From Planctomycetota bacterium (GTDB lineage: Bacteria; Planctomycetota; UBA8108; SXIK01): a stretch of 64,000 bases of DNA. The translations under genes and the position numbers were made by a program. Location of the stretch: contig CBDCXR010000004.1 in assembly GCA_965223845.1 (NCBI GenBank), forward strand, positions 5,440,001-5,504,000, given 5' to 3'. Positions 1-15,000 of this stretch are shown piece after piece. The first letter of the stretch is position 1. Every line of letters begins with the position of its first letter. Under the pieces are notes generated by a model. It did not search any database, was not told where the DNA came from, and saw only the letters and a list, made by a program, of their open reading frames with translations.

Positions 1-122
1 ACGCGACTCGCAGTCGGGTGCGCTGGTGTTTAATCGGACGGTTTCGCTGCGGGATCAGTGGGCGAAAATCTCGGGGCGGGGAGGATAGTCCCGGCGTATG
101 TGCGACCGTGGGAGGAGAATTG

Positions 123-315
123 CACACGAAGAGCGCGAAGAGCCGCGAAGAAAGACGAAGGAGAGAGAAACGAGGACACGGACGAGAGCGATCGGTAGAG
201 CCTCGTTTAGATGTGACTCTGTACGATCGTCCAGTCCCTTGAAGACGTTCTGGCTCTCTTTCTACAAATCACCTCTTGTTCGTCTTCCTTCGCGGCTCTT
301 CGCGCTCTTCGTGTG
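123..315. repeat. REP/REPIN-like element copy 1: ~37-bp inverted arms around a ~120-bp spacer
   Basis: Left arm 123-159 CACACGAAGAGCGCGAAGAGCCGCGAAGAAAGACGAA. Right arm 279-315 is its reverse complement with one mismatch. Same family as the copies at 22430 and 36026. Confidence 0.85.
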
Positions 316-354
316 AATCCTCTTCAAAGAACATGCATGCGCGTCGAATGAAAC

Positions 355-990
355 CTAGCGATTAGGCTGAGGAGTATACCGAAGATAAGGCTTCACCGTC
401 CGGTGCCCCTTCGGGAACTTCTCCGGCACTTCCGAGTCCGGAACCGCCGGCACGATGATGCAGTCCTCTCCGTCCTCCCAGTTCGCCGGTGTCGCCACCT
501 GGTAGTTCGCCGTGAGCTGGAGCGAATCGATGACGCGGAGGAGCTCCGCGAAGTTTCGCCCGGTCGACGCCGGATAGGTCAAGGTCAGCTTGACCTTCTT
601 GTCGGGTCCGATCACGAACACCGAACGCACCGTCATATTGTCCGAGGCATTCGGGTGGATCATGTCGTAAAGCGTCGAGACGTGCCGATCGGGGTCCGCG
701 ATCATCGGAAAGTTGACTGTCGTCTCCTGAGTCTCGTTGATGTCCTTGATCCAGCCCGTGTGATCCTCTAGTGGATCGACGCTGAGGCCGATCACTTTCA
801 CGCCGCGACGATCGAACTCGTCCTTGATCTTCGCGACCGTGCCGAGCTCGGTCGTGCACACCGGCGTGTAATCCTTCGGATGCGAGAAGAGAACACACCA
901 TCCGCCTTCGATCCAATCGTGGAAGTGAATCGTTCCTTCGGTCGTTTCGGCGGTGAAGTCCGGAGCCGTGTCTCCGAGTCGTACTGCCAT
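355..990 (-). CDS. 1-Cys peroxiredoxin (Prx6 family)
   Basis: FSHPKDYTPVCTTE peroxidatic motif, YPASTGRNF and TPANW motifs; GGAGGG RBS upstream. Confidence 0.95.
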   Translation of the reverse strand: MAVRLGDTAPDFTAETTEGTIHFHDWIEGGWCVLFSHPKDYTPVCTTELGTVAKIKDEFDRRGVKVIGLSVDPLEDHTGWIKDINETQETTVNFPMIADPDRHVSTLYDMIHPNASDNMTVRSVFVIGPDKKVKLTLTYPASTGRNFAELLRVIDSLQLTANYQVATPANWEDGEDCIIVPAVPDSEVPEKFPKGHRTVKPYLRYTPQPNR

Positions 991-1309
991 TGCTCCCCTC
1001 CTTCAGGGTAGTTTCTGCCGATAGCTCGCCAACGCGACGGCGGTGCGGTGCCTGCGTCTTCTTCCCGGATGGGTCTCGATCCCGACGCCCCGTCCGAGCC
1101 CATCAAAACCGAGCTCGCGAGGGCCGTCAACCTTCGGTCGGACGTTCCGAAACGCTCCGTGCCGCGGCCTCACCGAAGGCGATTCGACCGCAAATTCAGC
1201 GCTTCTTTTGGCTGCTGTACCCGATTCGACGGACGCGAAGGCCCATCGTATTCTTCTCCAGCCGTTCCTGTAACGAGCGTTCCGTTCGTTGAGCTGTCAG
1301 GGGAAGAGT

Positions 1310-2457
1310 ATGAGCGTCAAAGAAACGACCACGATTCGTCGCGGCGTCAGTCGGGAGGCGGATCCACGCGCCGCCGCGGAAGAGCTGTACGAGTCTCTCA
1401 AGGGCGAAGGCACGGAACTCGTCTTCTTCTTTGTCGCTCCGCAGTACGACCTCGAGGAGCTCGGCGGCCATCTCGCTCGGCTGTTCGGGGAAACGAAAGT
1501 CATCGGTTGCACCACCGCCGGCGAAATCACACCGATCGGCTACGTGCGTGACTCGATCACGGGTGTCGCGCTGCCGTCGTCTCGTTTCCGCGCGGTCTCC
1601 ACCTGCATCGAGAACGTGAGCGAACTCGAGTGCGCGCGGGGGGCAGAGATCGCCGAGGAGCTCCGGTCGCGGATGCGAAAGGAGCACCCGGAGCTCGAGC
1701 ATTTCTTCGCCTTCCTTCTCATCGACGGGCTCACGATGTCCGAGGAGAAGGTGGTCAGCAGCCTTCACCAAAGCCTCTCGGATGTCCCGCTCTTCGGTGG
1801 CTCAGCGGGTGACGGCGTGACGTTCAAGCGAACGTTCGTGTACGCGGACGGCAAGTTTCGAACGGATGCGGCCGCACTGACGCTCGTAGGCACCAAGGAT
1901 CCGTTCCACGTTTTCAAGACGGAGCACTTCGAGAGCTCCGAGGAGAAAGTCGTGGTAACGCGGGCCGATCCGGATCGCCGCATCGTTCACGAGATCAACG
2001 GTCTTCCCGCGGGCGAAGAGTACGCGCGCCTCGTGGGTCTCGGGAGCGTTGAGCTCTCGCCCATGATCTTCGCGACCTACCCCGTCGTAGTCCGCGTCGG
2101 CGGCAAAAACTACGTGCGGTCGATTCAGCAGGTGAACGAAGACGGAAGTCTCACTTTCTTCTGCGCCATCGACGAAGGCATCGTGCTCACCCTCGCGCGC
2201 GGCGTCGATCTTCTCGACAATCTCCGCGAGACGCTGGAGAACGTGAAGCGCATCGTCGGGCCACCGCAGCTCGTGCTCGCCTGCGACTGCATTCTCCGCA
2301 ACCTCGAGGTCGATCAGAAAGAGCTCGTCAACGAGGTGAGCGATCTCCTCGACGAGTACAACGCGGTCGGCTTCGGGACTTACGGCGAGCAGTTCAACGG
2401 TATGCACGTCAATCAGACGTTTACTGGGGTCGCGATCGGAGCCGAGACCGAAGACTA

Positions 2458-2458
<1 letters not shown>
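1310..2458 (+). CDS. FIST-domain sensory protein, NosP-like
   Basis: IGCTTAGEI, LIDGL, FGGSAGD, LTFFCAIDEG, CDCILR and GFGTYGEQFNGMHVNQTF are typical FIST N/C motifs. ATG at 1310 preferred over TTG at 1289. Confidence 0.9.
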
Positions 2459-4700
<2,242 letters not shown>

Positions 4701-4707
<7 letters not shown>

Positions 4708-6275
4708 TCTCCGCCGTCCTCGGGCGGTAGCTCTCGCGCGACGAACTCGTAGACCGTGACGTGATTCTCGGCCTCTCCCGCCGAATCGCGGAAGTGAGCG
4801 ACGACCTTTGCCTCGACGCCTTCGAACGCAGCGCGCTCCGCGTCCGAAAACTGCGCCCGATCTCGTTCGCGAACGATCGCGAAATGTCGTCCCGGTTTGC
4901 CCGCGCTCGGCGCGAGACTAGGCACTCTCGAATTCTCGACGCCCGCAAGGAGAGCCGCAAACGCGTACCGCACTCCGAGCGTATCGGTAGACGAGCGACG
5001 TTCGGCCACCCACTCGGCGGCGGCGACGACCGCGCGGTAGTTCTGATGCAGGCGCCGCCCGAAGAGCGACGGCACCGAGGCCGCGGCGGTGAGAGCGATG
5101 ACGAAAGCGAGCTTTGCCCAAGGCCTCGACCGCTTGAAGATCGTGCGCGAGGAGAGCTCCGCGAGAAGAGCGACGGAGAGGCAGGTGAGGAGTGGGGCTA
5201 GCGCGAGAAAGTAGCGGGCTGAGGTGTACCCGCTGCGCGAACGTACGACGAGAGTCGCGAGAAGAACGCCTCCACCGAACAGCGCGGCAAAGAGTCGTCC
5301 CGGGGTGCGCGCCCCGCGCAGGAGAACCATCGCAACGCCGAGCGCCCCTCCGATCGCGTGAAGATATTGGTGCTCGGCCCCGAACGCAGAGACGACGTCG
5401 AGAGACGCCTCCGCGGCGTCCGTGAAGCGCGACGCGCCGAATCCCGCGAGTGTTACCAAGCCTCCCTCCGGTGTCGCCGCTGCTCCTTCGAGAGAGAGGA
5501 TTCGCGACACGGGTTTCGGACTGATGCGACCGCAGACGACGACGAACGGCACGAATCCCGCAACGAATCCTCCGAGCAAAGCGCCCACGTCTCGGAGTCG
5601 CCCGACTACTCCGCGGCCGGTTCCCTCGATGCGCGGGGAGAGGATCACAAGACTCGCGACGAGCGCGGCGAGGCAAACGATGGCGTCGAATCGCACCCAG
5701 TAGGCCGCCGACGCGACGAGACCGCACACGGCGAATCCTCGCGCCCGCGACCAGCCCTCTCGTTCCGCGGCGAGGACGAAGAGCCACGCCGCGCCGAGTG
5801 CGAGCGTCGCGTAGAGCGGGTCGGAGAGGACGTCGCTCGTCTGCCAGAGGGGACGAGGAAGAAGGACGTAAGCGAGACATCCCGTCACCGCAACTCCGAA
5901 CGCCCAAGTGCGAAGGGCGAAGAGGAACGCGAAGCCGACGCCGATCGCGCCGATGGCCGCCGTAGCGATCTGCGCGAGCCGGACTCGACCTCGGGGCGAG
6001 TCGATCCCGACGGACCGCCCGACACCGAAGACCCCGGCGAGAAAGAGTGGATATCCGGGGTGGTCTCGCTCGCGGCGGGAAACATCCGTCAAGGCCTCCG
6101 TCGCGAGCGCGTTCGCGTAGCCGAAGTACCGGACCCCGTCCCGCGCCGGACCGACCGAGGTCGAGATCACAGCGGCTCGAGTCGCGATGTAAACGGTGAG
6201 GACCACGCCAAACGCCGCGACCGCACGGAAACGGTCCCGGGATCGGTGAGGAGCTGAGAGCGTTCGTTCGGCCAC
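4701..6275 (-). CDS. Polytopic membrane protein, probable GT-C (ArnT/PMT-like) glycosyltransferase
   Basis: Many hydrophobic helices; first loop RDGVRY..HPGYPLFLA, plus LSDPLY and RYFLALAP, resemble GT-C family proteins. Confidence 0.6.
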
Positions 6276-6279
6276 GACG

Positions 6280-7089
6280 TTACCAATGCATCACGTACCC
6301 GCCGTCGACGTTGATCGTCTGGCCGGTGATGGAGCGCGAACGCGGCGAGGCGAGGAACACGGCCATCGCGGCGACCTCGGCGGCTTCCTGCCAGCGGCCG
6401 AGGGGAACGACCTCAGCGATCTTCTCAGCCGCCCACGCCTCGTAGTCGGGCGGGTCGGCGTCGTTCTGCCGGCGCCGCCAAGCCTCCCACACGGATCGGT
6501 TGAGCTCCGTTTTCACCATCCCCGGACACAGACAATTGACGCGCACACGGTGCGGCGCGAGGTCTTTTGCCGCGCACTGTGCGAAGTTGATCACGCCAGC
6601 TTTTGCCGCGCTGTACGGCGGATCGGTTTGCGACCCGATCTGCCCCGCGACGGATGAGAAGAAGAGCAACGATCCGGATTTCTTTGCGACGAGGTGCGGG
6701 GCGAACGCGTGCCCGACGTGGACGACTCCGCGGAGGTTGACGTCGAGGACCTTGGACCACGACTCGGGAGAGACGTTCCAGAATGGAAAGCCGAACTCTC
6801 CCGAACCGATCCCCACGGCGGAGACGACGTGATCGAACCCGCCGCGCTCCTCGACGGTCCTTTCGGCGACTCGCTCGAGCGCCGCGAGATCCATCACGTC
6901 CGCTTCGAAGGCGAGCGCGGGGCGTGCCGTGTCCTCCTCGATCGCACGCGAGACTTCTCGGACGACTGCGTCGCGATCGACGACGACGACCGACGCGCCT
7001 TCAGCGGCGAAGGCGTCCGCGACCGCGCGACCGATGCCGCGCGCAGCGCCGATGACTACCGCGGTCGTACCGCCGAGCTCGAGGTCCAT
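6280..7089 (-). CDS. Short-chain dehydrogenase/reductase
   Basis: GAARGIG Rossmann motif, YSAAK catalytic motif, ITGQTINVDGG C-terminus. Start placed at ATG 7089 after an AGAGGA RBS; the longer ORF extension is antisense to the symporter. Confidence 0.92.
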   Translation of the reverse strand: MDLELGGTTAVVIGAARGIGRAVADAFAAEGASVVVVDRDAVVREVSRAIEEDTARPALAFEADVMDLAALERVAERTVEERGGFDHVVSAVGIGSGEFGFPFWNVSPESWSKVLDVNLRGVVHVGHAFAPHLVAKKSGSLLFFSSVAGQIGSQTDPPYSAAKAGVINFAQCAAKDLAPHRVRVNCLCPGMVKTELNRSVWEAWRRRQNDADPPDYEAWAAEKIAEVVPLGRWQEAAEVAAMAVFLASPRSRSITGQTINVDGGYVMHW

Positions 7090-7287
7090 GATTCGTCCTC
7101 TAAGGGTCGATTGAAGCTCGCAGTTTAGCACCACGGTTCGGAATCGCCCACGACGTGATCTACGCCGAATCGGGTCGGCTCTCCGCTGCGATGTCTGGAC
7201 GGCTCCGACTCGATGCATCATAGTTTGGAGCTCGCAATCATGGGGCGCTCGAGCGCCGAGTTGCGGATTTGTGAAAAGGCGGACTTC

Positions 7288-8994
7288 GTGCCCGATCTCC
7301 ATCCCGTCGACGCGACGGTCATCGTTCTCTATCTCGCCGGAATCACCGCCGCCGGCGCGTGGATGGGTCGTCGAGTGAAGACCACTCGCGACCTCTTCAT
7401 GCCGCGCCGGTTCGGAAAGGCGATGATGATCATGCACGCCTTCGGATCCGGCACGGCGACCGATCAAGCGGTCAGCGTTGCCTCCGGGGCGTTTCGCTCC
7501 GGACTCTCCGGCATCTGGTACCAGTGGCTCTGGCTTCCCTCGACGCCCGTCTACTGGCTGATGGCGCCGATCTTTCGGCGCTTCCGCGCGACCACGACCG
7601 CGGACGTGCTCGAGCTCCGCTTCGACCGGAGCGTCGCGACGCTCTTCGCGGTCGTCGGCATCGCCGGCATGTCGGTGAAGATCGGAGTGATGCTGAAAGG
7701 CGCCGGCGCCCTCGCTCAGGCGGGTACGGGAGACTCGCTCCCCGCAGACGTCGCGATCGCCGTGATCACGGTGCTCTTCGTCGCCTACGGCATGATCGGC
7801 GGGCTCGGCGCGGCGATCGTGACCGATTTCGTTCAAGGGCTCCTCACGATCCTCTTCTCGTTCCTTCTGCTGCCGTTCGTTCTCTACGAAGTCGGCGGAG
7901 TGAGCGGGATGCGCGAGCGAGTGGGCGACGACTTCCTTTCGCTCGTCTCCCCGGGGGAGATCTCCGTGTTCTTCGTCGTCATGTTTTCCTTGCAGGCGCT
8001 CGTCGGCATCGTGAGCTTTCCTCACGTCATGGGCGCATGCGCGGCCGGGAAGACCGAGTGGGAAGGACGCGTCGGGTTCGTCGTCGGCAATCTCGTCAAG
8101 CGAGTGTGTACCGTCGCGTGGTGTCTCACCGGCATCGCCGCCGTCGCCTGGTACCTCGGCGAGGGCCGCGAGCCGACCGCCGCGAACGCCGACGGCGTCT
8201 ACGGCGAAATGGCGGCGACGTTTCTTCCTGCGATCAGTCCCGGACTCCTCGGCGTGTTTCTCGCGTCGATGCTCGCGGCGATCATGAGCTCCTGCGATTC
8301 CTTCATGATCTCGTCGTCCGCGCTCTTCACGGAGAACATCTACAAGCCGTTCTTCGGCAGCGAAGATCCGCGGCGCCGACTCCTCGTCGGTCGCGTCGCC
8401 GGTCTCGGTGTCGTGGCCGGCGGGCTCGCGTTCGCATACTGGACGCCCGATGTCATCGCCGCGCTCAAGACGTGGTTCAAGATCGGCCCGATGACGGGAA
8501 TCGTCCTTTGGATCAGTCTCGTGTGGCGCCGGATGACGGTCGCCGGTGCGTGGGCGACGACTCTCGCCGGCTTTGGGAGCTGGTGGATCGCCACCCGCTC
8601 GTGGTTCGTCCAGTGGGCCGAGACGCTATCCTTCGCCGAAGCGATCGGACTCACCGCGACGAAGGGCGATCGATCGGTCATCTACGAGCCGTGGGTGATC
8701 GTGCTCTATCTTTCGACCGCAGTGATCGCCGGCGTCGGAGTGAGTCTCGTCACGCGAGCGGTGCGCGAAGAAAAGCTCAGCCGGTTCTACGCGCTCATCC
8801 GGACTCCGGTGCAGCCCGACGAAGCCGACGTCGAGCCCTGCACGCTCCCGCCCGGCGCCGAAACGCGCCCACCGCTCTGGCGCGGCTGGGGGTTCGAGAT
8901 CCCACGGCCGTCACGGACTTCGGTCATTGGGTTCGCTGTCATCTGGTTAGCCATCGCGGCGCTGGTCGGCGGCGTGGTTTGGTTGGTGGCTTGA
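7288..8994 (+). CDS. Sodium:solute symporter family (SSF) protein
   Basis: About 13-14 TM helices; GGLGAAIVTDFVQG and LAAIMSSCDS SSF motifs. GTG start at 7288 is inferred. Confidence 0.9.
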   Translation: MPDLHPVDATVIVLYLAGITAAGAWMGRRVKTTRDLFMPRRFGKAMMIMHAFGSGTATDQAVSVASGAFRSGLSGIWYQWLWLPSTPVYWLMAPIFRRFRATTTADVLELRFDRSVATLFAVVGIAGMSVKIGVMLKGAGALAQAGTGDSLPADVAIAVITVLFVAYGMIGGLGAAIVTDFVQGLLTILFSFLLLPFVLYEVGGVSGMRERVGDDFLSLVSPGEISVFFVVMFSLQALVGIVSFPHVMGACAAGKTEWEGRVGFVVGNLVKRVCTVAWCLTGIAAVAWYLGEGREPTAANADGVYGEMAATFLPAISPGLLGVFLASMLAAIMSSCDSFMISSSALFTENIYKPFFGSEDPRRRLLVGRVAGLGVVAGGLAFAYWTPDVIAALKTWFKIGPMTGIVLWISLVWRRMTVAGAWATTLAGFGSWWIATRSWFVQWAETLSFAEAIGLTATKGDRSVIYEPWVIVLYLSTAVIAGVGVSLVTRAVREEKLSRFYALIRTPVQPDEADVEPCTLPPGAETRPPLWRGWGFEIPRPSRTSVIGFAVIWLAIAALVGGVVWLVA

Positions 8995-9010
8995 GCGCAG
9001 GGGGGACCTA

Positions 9011-9036
9011 GAAAGAGTTTTCACCACGAAGGGCAC
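9011..9036. repeat. Truncated single arm of the REP-like family
   Basis: GAAAGAGTTTTCACCACGAAGGGCAC resembles the start of the 22421 arm (GAAGAGTTTCACACGAAGGGCGC); lies between convergent genes. Confidence 0.4.
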
Positions 9037-9042
9037 CCACAT

Positions 9043-12000
9043 TCACTCACAGGCCGTCGAGTCCCCGCAGCTCAACCGATCAGCCGTCGGATCGAACCCG
9101 CACTCGCCGCCGGGACGAGCCGGATCCGGGCCCGTGCCGAAGAGCCAATTGAGCTCGAAGATCGCGTCGGCGATGTTCGCCTGACCGTCGTCGTTGAGAT
9201 CCGCCGCGTCGAGACAGATCGGCTCGGCCGCAGTGCCAAAGAGCCAATTCAGGCTGTAGATCGCGTCGGCGATGTTGCGCTCGCCGTCGTCGTTCACGTC
9301 GCCCCGGCGAAACTGCGGATCCTCGTTTGGATCGCGCGGCTCGGGCACGTCGACCGTGCACTCCGCGCGAACTGACTTCGAGACACCGATGCAGCCTCGC
9401 ACTTCGTAGCGATGTTCTCCCGGCTCGACGTACGAATCGACGAAGCGCGTGCATCCGCCCGTCAGCGACGCGATCATCGCGCCGTCTCGGTACACCCAGA
9501 TTTCCTCGTAGCGCACGGGGTTCTCCCACGCGAGGCAGGCGACGGTCTCGGCTCCATCTCGATAGAACCTCGCTTCGCAGGTGAACTCCTCCGGCGTCGG
9601 CGCTCCGAACAGACACTGGCGCATGTTGTTCGTCGCAATGCGATCGATTGGATTCGGAAACAGACGCGCGATGATCGTTCCGGGATCGTGCGGCATCTCG
9701 ACGTCGAGCTCAAGGCGCGCTCCCCCACCCGGGGCGAGCTCCGGCACGGTCGCCGAAGCAACGACCTCGTCGCGTCCGTCGCCATCCATGAAGACGATCT
9801 CGACGCCGAGTCGACTCTCTCCGTTCCCGTCGACCGGAGTGCACGCGAGACCGAGGTTCTCGACGTCCACCGTCGCGACGACGATGCCGCCGGGTCCGGG
9901 ATAGGAATCGCTGAGCCGGCAGACCGTAATCGCGGCGTCGGGAAGGACCTCGGTGTCGAACGACACCAAGGTCTTCCCTCCGCCGATGCCACCGGCCCGT
10001 CCTTCCGACCGGTGGCGCAGCTGGGCCCAGCCGCCGTCGAGGTTCATGGAATGGATCACACCGCCCGGAGAAATCGCCGTCGCGACGTTGGAATGAACTC
10101 GCTCGTCGTCGGTGAGACACACCGGCGCACCCCACTTCGCGTCCGACGCCGGTCCGATCGCGACCGACATCACGTTTCCCGAGCCCGCCCGCGAGCCGAG
10201 CGGCCCGAGTCCGTGATAAGTCATTACGTATTCCGCCGGGGCGAACGAGCCGCCACCGCCGCCGATCGGATCGTCGAAATCGATGTTCGGCCCCGCCGTC
10301 CACGCGATCGACGGATACATCCCGTTTTCCGGCTGGAGACACCGGCCGTGAATCAGCTCCGGCGTCTCGAAGACGCCCTCGGTGAACCGACTCGCGAATA
10401 CGTAACGATTGCTTCCGAGACCGGTGTCGTTCTCGCTCGCGCCCTTCCCGAGTGCGGTGAAGACAAGCATGCCGCTGCCGTCGCTCTGGAGCGCGAGATC
10501 GGGATGCAGCATCCCCGGATAGTCATCGGGGTTCGCAAATACCGGCGCGCCGGCCGACCAGCCGACGCCCTTCTCGTAGGTTGCGATGAGAAGATTCCGC
10601 CCGAGGTTCGAGTCCGTCAGGTTCTCGTGCTCGGGATCGTGAACCCAGATGCAGTACGTCGTGTCCCCCGACGGCGACGTCGCGAGCGTCGGGGCGATGT
10701 TGATCCCCGGAGGCGATAGCTTCGTCTCGCCGTCGAGCACTCCGCCGATTCCGACGCGCCGCGCGTAGATCGCCGTCGCATCGAGATTCGGGATGATCGG
10801 ATTCTGAATCACCTTCGCCGTGAGCGGATTCTCCGCGCTCACCTTGCCGATCGGCTGCTCGTAGATGACCTGAGACTCGGTTCCGATCTGAAGGAAGGAG
10901 TCCTCGAACCGCACCCAAGCCACCATCGCTTCCCCACCCGCCGCGACGGCGGCGCCGCTCGGATCTCGCGCGATCGCCGCCGAGCCGTCGGCACGCCTTG
11001 CGGAGGGAGCGACTTCTTCGGATCGATCAGACACTTGAATGAGAGGCTCGTTCTCGTCTCGGCGCCACAGATCAGCGACGTTCCGCTCGACGACCGCGAC
11101 CACGATGTCCTGCTGGGCTGCCGTGGAGTTCATGAGCGCGACGTTCGTCCCAACGGGACTCGTCGCCGCCTTGCCGCTCGTCCAAACGATGAACGCGCGT
11201 TCATTCGTCACGAACTCGACCGCAGGATCGATCACGTCGCCGATTGCCTGCGTAACGAGAAACGCGTTGTCTTCGTTCGTAAAGAAAATGCCGAGCGTTC
11301 GCTCCGGCGGGGAGACGGCCTCGACAGCGAACGCCTGCATCCACGTCGAACCGTCAGGCGAGTACGCGGTCGAGTTGCGGCTCGTCGTGAGGAACTTGAG
11401 TGTCGGATCCGCCACTCCCCCACCGGCACCGTCGATGATGTCGCCGCAATCGAGGCCGGCCGCTTGCTTGAGCAATCCGCAGATCTCGAAGAAATCGCAG
11501 GCTTCGGTGTCGAAGTTCGCCCCGGCCGAGAACGATACGAGCTCTTCGTCGTCGACGAGCGGCACCCGTCCGGGCGAGTAGCAAATCTCGTCGAAGAGCG
11601 CCCAGACGCAGGCTTCCACCTCGAAGAAGAGGCTGAACGCCGCGCGCATCTTGAGCCCGGAGTTCGGCGAGCCGTCGATGACACCCACGTGGGCGTCGAG
11701 GTCGATGTTCGCCTCGGGGATGAGGCGCGTCGCCACGGATGCGACGCCGAAGAGCACATCCGCGCGGACTTCGCAGGGAATCCGAATGTCGACGTCACCA
11801 CAAAGATACGCGTGCGTTTCGACGCGCGGGCCACCGCCCTGGAGGTCGGCGAACGGACGAACGTCGAGAGTGACGTTCGTTCCGACCAAGAAGTCGATGG
11901 CTAGAGAGATCGACGCCCACACCGTGACCGGCACCGGACCGATCGACCCCGTGTAGAGGATGGCGTCGAAAATCTCTTGCCGGAACGTGTTGTCGTAGAG

Positions 12001-15000
12001 GACGTCGATCGACTCCCAGTGATATTCGGGGAACGCGAGCCCGCCGGCGATGCCGTCCGGAATCGTCTCGCCCGGCTGAATGATGTTCGGCGCGCCCTCC
12101 ATTCGATTCCCGAGCGTGTCTCCGTGCGTCGCCCCGATCGCCGCTTCCTGAACGAAATCCTCGCCGACGATCGTGAACTCAGGGAGCGTACCGGAGGAGA
12201 GATCGTTGCCGAAGCTCGGGATCCCCGTTCCCGGCGGTAGACCTTCGACGGGGAAATCGACCTGCTTGCTCGGCCCGATCGGATAGTGCTCCTTCGTCGA
12301 ATGCGACGCCTTGAACGAGAAGCGGTAGGTCGCATCCTGCGCGTCGTAGAATCCGTTCCAGAAAGTGTGGTCGAGATTCGGCGGATGGTTGAGCATGCGC
12401 ATCGCTGAGCCGATCGGATGCCAAATGTCATCGACAAGCGTCGGGCCGTTCGAATCGTCGCCGAGGTGATGATTCGCCGGCCAACCGTCGTCGAACCGCC
12501 GCGTCTTCCCAGCGAACCATACGTTCTTCCAGTTCGTTCCGTTCGCGCCGGGGACCGAGGGTATCTTGTGGAGGTCTTCGATCCGCACATGGAGGTACTT
12601 GAGTCCGTTCTGCACCTCGGGACAGAGGTCCTCGACGATCATGTCAACGTCGGTGAACGGGACGAACGGCTGGTCGCCGACGAGAGACGCGACGACGAGG
12701 TCGAAGAGGACGTCGCTCTGCGACGGATCGTTCGGGTCGATGTAGACCGCCGGAACCACCTGTCCCTGGCAAAACCCGCGCGGCGCAACGAGAAGTCGAA
12801 ACTCGACCGGCCGCTCCGTGTCGAACTCACCGTTCCCCGGCGGCGGGATGAGGCCGACGACGGACCGGATTCCCTTCGGATCCGGTGTGGGGCACAGGAA
12901 CGAGTAGTAGACGAGATCGCACTCTACGTCCTGCGGCTGGATCGCGATCTGGTAGGAGCGCGTCGTCGACCGCGGGCAAAACTTGCTCCTCACTTCGACA
13001 TCCACGTAGTAACAGCCGAGCTCCTGCACCTGGGTCGTAATCTGGTGCGCGCTCCCCGAGCAGACCGTCGTCGGGTTGCCGCCCTTGTCGTAGATCGTCC
13101 AGACGTACTCGAATTCCGGGTTGTCCGGCTCACCCTCGGCGCCGCCGATCTTGTGCGGGATCCCGTCGCCGTCGATCCAGGTTCCGAACGCCTCGAGGCT
13201 CACCCACACGCCAGAGGCATTCTCGGGCGATACCGCTTCGCCGTGAATCGCCGTGATGACGGGAAGCGTGTCGCGGCCCGTCATGTCGCGGACGCGAACG
13301 AGCGGATACGGCGGACACGGCGACCCCGGGATCAGCAGCTCGTAATCGCGATCGTCGCTCCCGAACGCGAAATACTGAACGTCGTTGTCTCCGCCGACGA
13401 CATAGAGGTCGAGAAGGTATCGTCCGGCAGGAATCCGCTTGAGCGTTCCTTCGCCGTCGAGGCAGGGCTGAGGTCCCGTATCGTTCGGGTCCGCAGGGTT
13501 CGGCGGTGTTCCGATGTCGCGGTCCGCGCGGAAGTAGTTCACGCAGTGCCAGTCCTTCTTCGTCGTATCGATGAGGATGTTTGGAAACGTGAACTCGTCG
13601 GTGAAGTCGCTCTCGATGTGCCGGAGACGCCCGCGAAGCTCGACACCGGGCTTCGTCGCGATCTTGTGGTAGAAGCCGGCGAACTCGAGCACCGTCGCGT
13701 CGTTCGGAAGAAGGAATCCCGTCGTGATCTGGTTACCGGGTATCACACTCTGGAGCCACTCGGGCCGAATGAATCCGATGGCGCTCGGACTCTGCACCGC
13801 GCCGAGCTTTCCGAGGTCTTCGACGAGCGGAGCCTGGACGAAGCTCGGCTCGTCCGGTCCCGGAATCTTGCCCGCGCCGCCGTCTCCTTCCTCGTTGAAG
13901 ACGAGATCGGCGCAGCGCTCGACTTGCGCCGGCGCGTGGTCACCCCGAAGCGGAAACACACCGCCGCCGTCCGTTCCGTTGCCGGCGATCACTGGTCCGT
14001 TGCAGAACGCACGAATCGCATCCGCAACCGAGATCGCGAACTGGCCGCGCGACGAGACTCCGACGAACTGGAGCTGGAGGTGATCGCCGTTCGCCGCGAT
14101 GTTGAGCTCGGTCGCGTCGCCCGAGAGGACCATGATCTCCTCGCCGCTCTCGTCGCGAACCTCGATGCGCTCGTAGATTTCGGGATTGAACCAGCGGAAC
14201 CGAGCCTCTCCGCCTGCGAGGCTCGTCTCGAACTGCTGCGGACCGACGAGCTGTCGCGGCACGACGGGTTCGGGCTCGACCGTGAGAGCGCGCGCGAGCT
14301 GCGTGACGATCGTCCCGCCGCGCCGGAGCGAAACCGAGTACGTCCCCGGATCGAGGGCCGGCGTGAGCGACTCGAGCTCGTTCGCTCGCGGCATCGTCGC
14401 AAACTCCGCTTGATCGTTCCCGAAGTGAACTGACATCGATTCGAGCGCGTCCGCGGGAAGATTCTCGAAGAACAGCCGGATGCGGTTCCCCGCGCGAGGA
14501 TTGACCGTCGCCGGGTCGATGCGAAGCAGCTCGATCGGCTCGGGAAGGTAGGTGACACCGTCCGGAAGGCGGGCGTCTCCTCTCGGATCCTCAGCGACGA
14601 CGTCCACGGCCATCGGCTCGAAGAGGGGGTCGTCCGAGCCGCTCGCCGCTCTCCAGGTCGGCGCGACTCCGGAGATTTCCGTGCCTTCGGCGTTCACCGC
14701 ACTCCCGCCGATAAACGCTCTCCCGAAACGAACGCGGGTCTCACCCGAGAAGTTCTGGCCGAATACTCGAACCGCGACCGATCCTTCCCCCGCCGGAATC
14801 TGGCTCGGAAGGACGCGAGTGAGAACCGGAGGTGCCGGCGGTGGATCCGGGACGTAGCTCACGAGGTTCGATTCGCGCACGAGTCCACGCGAATCGGAAG
14901 CGAACACATCGACGAACGTCGGCTCGGTCGGATCGTCCGCGCCCTCGCTCACCGCATCCCAGCTCGGCACGGTCGCGGTCGCACTCAGTCCATCGGCGGC

